A DNA stretch of 41,196 bases, from assembly GCA_002400365.1 (NCBI GenBank), contig DHFK01000084.1, positions 3,678 through 44,873 of the forward strand, in the 5' to 3' direction. Every line of letters starts with the position of its first letter. Positions within the stretch are counted from its first letter, which is position 1. Below, in pieces: positions 8,698-14,624 of this stretch. The stretch is from Anaerolineales bacterium UBA4826 (lineage in GTDB: Bacteria; Chloroflexota; Anaerolineae; UBA4142). The position numbers were made by a program, and so were the translations under genes. Under the pieces are notes generated by a model, which was given only the letters and a program-made list of their open reading frames with translations, did no database searches and had not been told where the DNA came from.

Positions 8698-9382
8698 CGG
8701 CGGCTTGGGACAGGATTTTTTCGAGGTGGTCTTGCGTTTTGGGCGGCAGGACCGCGCCGCGCCTGCTCTTGCGCAGCGTGTCTTTCAGATCGTCGGCTTT
8801 GACCACCGGCAGCGCGGGATCGTCCACCGCCAACTGTGCGCGCGGATCGGTGAAGACGACGTAGCCGTCCACCGGCACGAGCGCGGCGTTCTCGATCTTA
8901 TCGGCGAGGAATTTGCGGACCGTCGCGATCTCCGCGTTCATTTCCGCAATCGGATCGCCGAGCGGTTCTTGCCCCATGCCGCCGATCAAGCGCGACCACT
9001 GCCACGGGCGACGCCACTTGCCGTCTTGACACGCGATCGCACCGTCGTGCGCCTTCACCTTGAAAACCAAAATACCGGTGGGCGTGAGGAGCAGGTGGGA
9101 GACCGGGGGAAGGTAATTGTAGAGGTGATGCTTGTTGTCGAAACCCTTGAGCGCTTTTTCGAGCGCGCGATCGGCGCGCGGTTCTTTGATCCATTTGTTC
9201 GCCAGAAGCGAGCCGATATACGCGAGAATGAAACCGACGAAGAGTGAGATGTACGAAAGCGCATAGTTATTGGAAAACGAGATGACGAGCGAGGCGAGCA
9301 AGACGGCCAGTCCGCCAAAGGTGGCGTACCGCGCGAGTTTGGTTTGTCGTTCGATGAGTTTGTCGTTGGATGTCAGACGCAT
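8678..9382 (-). CDS. Membrane protein with a NERD-like (nuclease-related) domain
   Basis: 234 aa with two N-terminal TM helices. HLLLTPTGILVFKVKAHDG resembles the NERD core (DHLvItptGIfvIEtK), but the acidic residue appears to be replaced. Its 3' end overlaps the thioesterase start by 20 nt. Confidence 0.5.
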   Translation of the reverse strand: MRLTSNDKLIERQTKLARYATFGGLAVLLASLVISFSNNYALSYISLFVGFILAYIGSLLANKWIKEPRADRALEKALKGFDNKHHLYNYLPPVSHLLLTPTGILVFKVKAHDGAIACQDGKWRRPWQWSRLIGGMGQEPLGDPIAEMNAEIATVRKFLADKIENAALVPVDGYVVFTDPRAQLAVDDPALPVVKADDLKDTLRKSRRGAVLPPKTQDHLEKILSQAADAKTAQ

Positions 9383-9393
9383 TGTTTACCTCT

Positions 9394-9444
9394 ATGACAA
9401 ATGAGCAAATGACAAATGGCTCAAAGACGCTTTGTCATTTGTAC
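9394..9444. repeat. Hairpin repeat (gacaaatg units) overlapping the fabF stop codon
   Basis: atgacaaatgagcaaatgacaaatggc ... gctttgtcatttgtac. Confidence 0.7.
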
Positions 9445-10781
9445 CTCGCAAGCACCAGGCACGCGTTCTGTCCGCCCAGTCCGAATGAATTCGACAGGAC
9501 GACATCAACCTTGGCGTCGCGCGGCGTGTTCGGGACGTAGTCGAGATCGCACACGGGATCGGGCGTTTCATAATTAACGGTCGGATGGATCTTTTGGTCG
9601 CGGATCGTCATCACACAGGCGACGGCTTCAAACGCGCCGGCGGCGCCCATCGAGTGACCGATCATGGATTTCGTCGAGGAAATGGGGATGCGATAGGCGC
9701 GCTCGCCGAAAGCGGTCTTGATCGCCAGCGTCTCGCCGGCGTCGTTCAACGGCGTCGAAGTGCCGTGCGCGTTGATGTAATCCACTTGATCCGTCGTCAC
9801 GCCCGCGTTGCGCAAGGCGGCTTGCATCACCCGCGTCGCGCCGACGGCTTGCGGATCGGGCGCCGCAAAATGATACGCGTCCGAGTTGGTGGCATAGCCC
9901 AAGACCTCGGCGTAGATGCGCGCGCCGCGCGCGAGCGCGTGATCCAATTTTTCGAGCACCAGCACCGCGGAACCTTCGCCGACGACAAAGCCATCGCGGT
10001 TCTTGTCGAAGGGACGGCTCGCGTGCGTCGGGTCGTCGTTGCGCGTGGAAAGCGCGCGCATCACGCCGAACGCCGCGAACACAATGTCCGAGATGATCGC
10101 ATCGGTGCCGCCGGTCAGCATGATGTCGGCGTCGCCGCGCCGGATGACTTCTGCCGCCGCGCCGACGGCGTGCGTGCCGGCGGCGCACGCGGTCACGACC
10201 GTCGAGTTATAGCCGCGCGCGCGATAGTAATTCGCGAGATAGAACGACGGCATATTGGGCAGAATGACGGCGGCAAGAAACGGACTTACCCGGTCGGGCC
10301 CTTTTTGCAAAAAGCCATTGTGCGCTTCGATCGCCTCGACGAAACCGCCGAGCGCGGTGCCGAGCAGAACGCCGGCGCGCTCGTCTTCCTTCAGCCCAGC
10401 CTGAAAGCCGGCATCCGCCAGCGCGTCCCGCGCCGCGGCGAGCGCAAAGAGGGTGGCGCGGCCCATGCGCCGCGCGTCTTTCGAGTCAATGTTGTAGTGG
10501 GTCGCGTCAAAGCCCTTGGTCTCGGCGGCGATCTTGGTTTTGTAGTTGCTGGCGTCGAACAGCGTGATGGGCGCGATGCCGGATTTACCCGCCAGCAAGT
10601 TCCGCCAGAATTCTTCCGGCGTAAGTCCCAGCGGCGTGATCGCGCCCAGCCCGGTGACGACGACGCGCGCGCGCTTGGGCTGCGCGCGCGCCTGCATGAA
10701 TGCAAGCGCTTCGGGATTGAGTCGCCGATCGGTGAGCATTTCGAGCGGCGGCATTTCGCGCGTACCTGAAATCACGGACAT
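9435..10781 (-). CDS. fabF: Beta-ketoacyl-ACP synthase II
   Basis: 448 aa. RVVVTGLGAITPLG, the active-site region TVVTACAAGTHAVG, INAHGTSTPLND and GHSMGAAGAFE. A strong AGGAGG SD 5 nt before the ATG at 10781 supports the long N-terminus. Confidence 0.92.
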   Translation of the reverse strand: MSVISGTREMPPLEMLTDRRLNPEALAFMQARAQPKRARVVVTGLGAITPLGLTPEEFWRNLLAGKSGIAPITLFDASNYKTKIAAETKGFDATHYNIDSKDARRMGRATLFALAAARDALADAGFQAGLKEDERAGVLLGTALGGFVEAIEAHNGFLQKGPDRVSPFLAAVILPNMPSFYLANYYRARGYNSTVVTACAAGTHAVGAAAEVIRRGDADIMLTGGTDAIISDIVFAAFGVMRALSTRNDDPTHASRPFDKNRDGFVVGEGSAVLVLEKLDHALARGARIYAEVLGYATNSDAYHFAAPDPQAVGATRVMQAALRNAGVTTDQVDYINAHGTSTPLNDAGETLAIKTAFGERAYRIPISSTKSMIGHSMGAAGAFEAVACVMTIRDQKIHPTVNYETPDPVCDLDYVPNTPRDAKVDVVLSNSFGLGGQNACLVLARYK

Positions 10782-10829
10782 CTATGCCTCCTGGCGTCTG
10801 CTGTGAAACCTTGCTCGACCCGCGCAAGG

Positions 10830-11825
10830 TTAGTTCGTCTGCAATCCGCTGCGAATCAAATCGAGCACGTTGCCGGCGACCGCTTCTTTGGCGACGCGCA
10901 GCGCATTCTTGATCGCGTTCGCGTTTGAACGACCGTGTCCAATCACGACCACACCTTCCACGCCGAGCAGAATACTGCCGCCCACTTCAGAGGGATCGAG
11001 CCGCACCCTGAGCGCGTCGAACGCGGGCTTTGCCAGCGCCGCGCCGACGACGGCGAGCGGGCGCTTTGTGATTTCGTCCTTGATAAAGCCGACCAGGGTC
11101 TTGGCGAGCGCTTCGGTGAGTTTGATGACGACGTTGCCCACATAGCCGTCGCACACGATCACGTCGGCGTTGCCTTGGGGAATGTCTCTGCCCTCCGCGT
11201 TGCCGACAAAGTTGAGGCGACTCTTCTTTAGCAACGCGAACGCGTCGCGCACGACCATCGGGCCCTTGCCTTCTTCTTCGCCGTTCGATAACAGCGCGAC
11301 GCGGGGGTTGACGATGCCCATACCTTTCTCCGCGTAGATCGCACCCATGACGGCGAATTGGTACAGGTACTCTGGCTTGACGTCCGCGTTCGCGCCAATG
11401 TCGAGCAGAAGCACGCGCCCGGTCGCGGTGGGCAGAATAGTCGTCAACGCCGGGCGCTTGATCCCCTTGATGCGTCCCAGCGCGTGCGGTCCGACAATCG
11501 CGGCTGCCATCGCTGCGCCGGTGTTGCCGGCGGTCACAAAGGCGTCGGCTTGTTTATCCTTGACGAGTCGCATGCCGACGTTCATCGAAGCGTCTTTTTT
11601 TTCTTTGACCGCTTCGACGTGCTCGGTCATGGCGATTGCCGTCGGCGCGTGGACGATCGGCAAATCGAGTCCGTTGATGTCGTGCTTGGCGAGTTCGCTT
11701 TTGATCCTGTTCTCATCGCCGATGAGGATCACGGTGACGCCGTATGCGCGCGCGGCTTGGACCGCGCCTTCGACATCCGGCGCTGGATGCGTATCGCTTC
11801 CCATTGCGTCAAGGACAATCTTCAT
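10830..11825 (-). CDS. plsX: Phosphate acyltransferase PlsX
   Basis: 331 aa. MKIVLDAMGSDTHPAPDVEGA...FVTAGNTGA...GHGRSNA are typical PlsX motifs. Confidence 0.92.
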   Translation of the reverse strand: MKIVLDAMGSDTHPAPDVEGAVQAARAYGVTVILIGDENRIKSELAKHDINGLDLPIVHAPTAIAMTEHVEAVKEKKDASMNVGMRLVKDKQADAFVTAGNTGAAMAAAIVGPHALGRIKGIKRPALTTILPTATGRVLLLDIGANADVKPEYLYQFAVMGAIYAEKGMGIVNPRVALLSNGEEEGKGPMVVRDAFALLKKSRLNFVGNAEGRDIPQGNADVIVCDGYVGNVVIKLTEALAKTLVGFIKDEITKRPLAVVGAALAKPAFDALRVRLDPSEVGGSILLGVEGVVVIGHGRSNANAIKNALRVAKEAVAGNVLDLIRSGLQTN

Positions 11826-11912
11826 GGCTTCCTCTCATCATTCGCCTTGCCTTCTGCCGAGTATTTTACTCGACTTTTCCGAATTTGCAAGGTTTTCTTT
11901 TTCGCCGACTTG

Positions 11913-11921
11913 TGCTAGAAT
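11913..11921 (+). promoter_or_regulatory. Extended -10 element (TGcTAGAAT) upstream of rplI
   Basis: tgctagaat at 11913-11921, about 38 nt before the ATG at 11959. No good -35 at 17 nt. Confidence 0.4.
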
Positions 11922-11958
11922 GAGCGTGTCACGAGTTTGCAAGCGGAGAAGATAAACG

Positions 11959-12411
11959 ATGCAGGTCTTGTTGTTGAAGGACGTGCCCGGCGTCGGCAGC
12001 GCGGGGCAGGTGAAAAAGGTGGCGGATGGTTACGCGCGGAACCGCCTCTTGCCGCAGAAGTTGGCGGTCGTCGCAAGTGAAGGCGCGGTCAAGCAAGCCG
12101 AGGCGATCAAACAAGCCGCCGCGCGCCGCGAAGCCAAGACGCTTGGCGAAGCCCAGGAATTAGCCAAATTGCTGGCGGCGACCACGCTGACCTTTCGCGC
12201 CAAAGCCGGCGAGGGCGACCGACTGTTCGGCTCGATTACCTCGAGCGATATTGCCGAAAGACTTGCCGACGAGCGGCGCATCATGATAGATAAACGCAAA
12301 ATCGAGTTGCCGGCTCCGATCAAGGAATTGGGCGCGCGCCAGGTCTCGGTCAAACTGCATCCCGAAGTGACTGCACAAATGACGGTCGTGATCGAACGGG
12401 AACCGGCTTGA
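11959..12411 (+). CDS. rplI: 50S ribosomal protein L9
   Basis: 150 aa. MQVLLLKDVPGVGSAGQVKKVADGYARNRLLPQKLA is a canonical L9 N-terminus. It stops at the TGA at 12409-12411. Confidence 0.92.
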   Translation: MQVLLLKDVPGVGSAGQVKKVADGYARNRLLPQKLAVVASEGAVKQAEAIKQAAARREAKTLGEAQELAKLLAATTLTFRAKAGEGDRLFGSITSSDIAERLADERRIMIDKRKIELPAPIKELGARQVSVKLHPEVTAQMTVVIEREPA

Positions 12412-12422
12412 TCAGGGGATGT

Positions 12423-12776
12423 ATGAACCAGAACGCGCTGACCCAGGCGATCATTCGGCAAATCGTCGCGCACACGCGCTGCGCGGTGTGCGGTCACCAT
12501 TTCAGCATCAATGACGTGCGCGTCATCGGTCGGCGCGAAAACGTCTGGGCGATGAGCGTGAGTTGCCGCGAATGTCGCACGCAGGCGCTGCTCCTCGCCG
12601 CGATGGCGGAAGGCGCGATGCAGTCTTTGTACACCGACCTCACGCCGGACGAGTGGGAGCGCTTCCGAGAGCGCCCGCCGGTATCGGTTGACGACGTGAT
12701 TACCTTCCATCAGCACATGCGCGCGTACACGGGGGATTTTTCGGAGATTCTGGAAGAGCCGCTGCCAGAGGAATAA
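12423..12776 (+). CDS. Hypothetical protein with a CxxC...CxxC zinc-ribbon-like N-terminus
   Basis: The track ORF is 12408-12776. The ATG at 12423 follows a CAGGGGA SD. It contains CAVCGHH...CRECR. Confidence 0.5.
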   Translation: MNQNALTQAIIRQIVAHTRCAVCGHHFSINDVRVIGRRENVWAMSVSCRECRTQALLLAAMAEGAMQSLYTDLTPDEWERFRERPPVSVDDVITFHQHMRAYTGDFSEILEEPLPEE

Positions 12777-12778
12777 TC

Positions 12779-12813
12779 AATGCGACGCACCTGCGAGGTG
12801 CGTCGCATTTTGT
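12779..12813 (+). terminator. Rho-independent terminator after the rplI operon
   Basis: aatgcgacgcacc-tgcga-ggtgcgtcgcatt followed by ttgt. 13 bp stem, immediately after the TAA at 12774-12776. Confidence 0.75.
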
Positions 12814-12870
12814 ATGACCCGATTGTGTAACCTCCAGTCGGGTTTTTGCATCTAAAGGCGTGGCGATTTT

Positions 12871-12899
12871 TTGACAAACCCGTTCTCCATCGCTATAAT
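12871..12899 (+). promoter_or_regulatory. Consensus sigma70 promoter of the trxA redox operon
   Basis: TTGACA (12871-12876), exactly 17 nt spacer, TATAAT (12894-12899). Confidence 0.8.
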
Positions 12900-12907
12900 C
12901 GAATATA

Positions 12908-12928
12908 GCATACCCCGGTAGGGTATGC
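12908..12928 (+). promoter_or_regulatory. Palindromic operator candidate gcATACCC-cggta-GGGTATgc (CsoR-family-type site)
   Basis: Perfect 8-bp inverted repeat with a 5-nt centre, starting about 9 nt after the -10 box, so it overlaps the expected TSS. A CsoR-family repressor is encoded in the same operon. Confidence 0.55.
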
Positions 12929-12946
12929 AACCTGAGGAGGATCACA

Positions 12947-13282
12947 ATGAGCGCAAACGGCCCTTTGCACGTTACCGACGCGGACTTCCAGAAAACGGTC
13001 TTGGACGCCAAGACGCCGGTGCTGGTTGATTTCTGGGCGACGTGGTGCGGTCCCTGTCGGATGATCGCGCCCTTCGTCGAAGAGATCGCGCGCGATTACG
13101 CCGGGAAGGCGGTCGTCGCGAAAATAGACACGGACGCGAACCCGCAGACGCCGATGAAGTACGGCATCCTGGGTATTCCAACTTTGATTATTTTCAAGAA
13201 TGGCCGAGAGGTGGATCGCATCGTCGGCGCAGCGCCCAAGGCGGCAATCACCAAGAAACTTGACGCGGTGTTAGCGAGGTAG
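12947..13282 (+). CDS. trxA: Thioredoxin
   Basis: 111 aa. VLVDFWATWCGPCRMIAP...GIPTLIIFKNG. A GAGGAGG SD lies upstream. Confidence 0.93.
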   Translation: MSANGPLHVTDADFQKTVLDAKTPVLVDFWATWCGPCRMIAPFVEEIARDYAGKAVVAKIDTDANPQTPMKYGILGIPTLIIFKNGREVDRIVGAAPKAAITKKLDAVLAR

Positions 13283-13287
13283 GGGAG

Positions 13288-13491
13288 ATGCCGATTTACG
13301 AATATCATTGTGACGATTGTAAGGAACCCTTTGACCTGTTCGTTCGATCGGTCAACGCGGCGGTCAAGGCAGTCTGTCCCCAATGCGGCAGCGAGCATGT
13401 CGAAAAGGCGGTGACGGCGGCGAGCGCGCTCGGGCTGGGGAACGCGTCGTCGTTTGCCTCGTCGGCGGCTTCGTGCGCGCCAACCGGCTGA
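13288..13491 (+). CDS. FmdB-family zinc-ribbon protein
   Basis: 67 aa. MPIYEYHCDDCKEPFDLF...CPQCGS is the FmdB/CxxC_CxxC_SSSS signature. Confidence 0.8.
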   Translation: MPIYEYHCDDCKEPFDLFVRSVNAAVKAVCPQCGSEHVEKAVTAASALGLGNASSFASSAASCAPTG

Positions 13492-13545
13492 GCGCTGCCG
13501 CAGCGGTAGCCCGTTGGGTTACCTCAGAGAGCAGAGGTGGTTGGA

Positions 13546-13812
13546 ATGGCTCGGGAGTTCAAAACCGAGATGGTCAAGCGTTTGAAACGGATCGAAGGGC
13601 AAACGCGCGGCGTGCAAAAGATGGTGGAGGAAGACCGCAGTTGCGCGGAAATCCTGCATCAACTGACCGCGATCAACGAGGCGGTGCACAGCGTGAGTCG
13701 AATGCTGGCCGAGCAGTACGCCGTCGAGTGTATGCAGACGACGAGCACGCGCGGGAAATCGCGCGCGGCGATCGCGACGATGATTGACGTGCTGTCGCGG
13801 GTACCGCGGTAA
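13546..13812 (+). CDS. CsoR/RcnR/FrmR-family metal- or thiol-sensing transcriptional repressor (two-Cys type)
   Basis: The track ORF starts at the GTG at 13537. The ATG at 13546 lies 8 nt after the AGAGG SD. RLKRIEGQTRGVQKMVEEDRSCAEILHQLTAI is the family core, and the C-terminal part contains EQYAVEC. Confidence 0.85.
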   Translation: MAREFKTEMVKRLKRIEGQTRGVQKMVEEDRSCAEILHQLTAINEAVHSVSRMLAEQYAVECMQTTSTRGKSRAAIATMIDVLSRVPR

Positions 13813-13814
13813 GA

Positions 13815-13895
13815 GCGAATGGCAAATAGCAAATGGCGAATGGCTTATGGCTGATTGCAGTCTGCTATACGCCATATGCTATACGCTATTCGCCA
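13815..13895. repeat. Hairpin repeat of about 7-nt units (aatggc/aatagc ... gctatac/gctattc)
   Basis: gcgaatggcaaatagcaaatggcgaatggc ... gctatacgccatatgctatacgctattcgcc. It produces the spurious MANGLWLIAVCYTPYAIRYSP N-terminus of track ORF 13833. Confidence 0.8.
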
Positions 13896-13907
13896 AGAGG
13901 GGGTTGT

Positions 13908-14618
13908 GTGGCTTTGTTACGCGACGCTGACCGTGAGAACTTGCGCCAGGAATTGAGCAAGTTGCAAAACCCAGTCAAGTTGCTGTTTTTCTCACAGGCG
14001 TTGAATTGCGATTATTGTCCGTTGACCAAGCAAGTGCTCGAAGAGTTAGTTAGTCTGTCGGACAAGATTCAATTACAGGAATACAATTGCGCGATTGATC
14101 GCGACGCGGTCGCGCAGTACAAGATCGCGCGGGTGCCGGCAATCGCGCTGGTGCGCGTCGAGCCGCCGAAACTCTTGGTGACCGGCAACGAGCCGTCGCG
14201 CGAACGCGATTACGGCATTCGCTACTATGGCGTGCCGGCGGGCTTTGAATTCGCCGCGCTCGTCGGCGACATCATGGACGTTTCGCTCGGCGAGTCCGGC
14301 TTGAGCGACCAGAGCAAAGCCGCGCTCAGGCAACTGAAAGAACCGCTGCACTTGCAGGTCTTTGCGACCCCGACTTGACCGCATTGCCCGCGTGCGGTCA
14401 GGTTGACCCACAAAATGGCGATGGAAAGTGAATTGATTACGGCGGACATGGTCGAGGCGTCCGAGTACCCTGAACTCTCCGAGTTGTATCAGGTGTACGG
14501 CGTGCCGCTGACCGTCGCCAACGAAAAAGTGCGCGTGGAAGGCGGGATGCCAGAGCAGGTATTCATTTCGCAGATTCTGCAAGGCATCGGCGTGAGCCCC
14601 ATGGTGTCGGAGAACTAA
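13908..14618 (+). CDS. Two-domain protein disulfide oxidoreductase (PDO/glutaredoxin-like) with an in-frame TGA at 14376-14378; candidate Sec-containing UPHC active site
   Basis: Track ORFs 13833-14378 and 14403-14618 are in the same frame with no other stop between them. The joined translation ...LHLQVFATPT-[TGA]-PHCPRAVRLTHKMAMESELITADMVEASEYPELSELYQVYGVP... matches the second Trx-fold unit of archaeal/Thermotoga PDO (VFVTPTCPYCPLAVRMAHKFA...MVEAIEYPEW). The first unit carries CDYC. The GTG at 13908 follows an AAGAGGGGG SD and matches where the homologue N-terminus begins (LISDADKK ~ LLRDADRE). Confidence 0.65.
14376..14420 (+). promoter_or_regulatory. Candidate bacterial SECIS region downstream of the in-frame UGA
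   Basis: Two mutually exclusive hairpins read by eye. (A) UGACCGCA/UGCGGUCA, 8 bp, 14376-14400. (B) 14392-14411, GUG-(bulged C)-GGUCA / loop GGU / UGACC-CAC, starting 13 nt after the UGA. Confidence 0.45.
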
Positions 14619-14624
14619 TCGTCC

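Noticed and set aside
13833-13907. N-terminal extension MANGLWLIAVCYTPYAIRYSPRGGC of the PDO ORF. Analogous extensions occur at 18784-18858, 27435-27467, 33257-33337, 36324-36410 and 38109-38150.
   Set aside because: These are translations of the intergenic hairpin repeats. A good SD-plus-start lies downstream of the repeat in each case, and homologue N-termini align with the shorter form.
14376-14378. Alternative explanations for the in-frame TGA: a TGA-reassigned genetic code or a simple operon of two genes.
   Set aside because: TGA clearly terminates neighbouring genes (12409-12411, 15051-15053), so the code is standard. The downstream piece lacks an SD and begins in the middle of a thioredoxin fold right after the CxxC position, so it is not an independent gene. 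A recent nonsense mutation or sequencing error cannot be excluded from the sequence alone and is listed as the refutation test.
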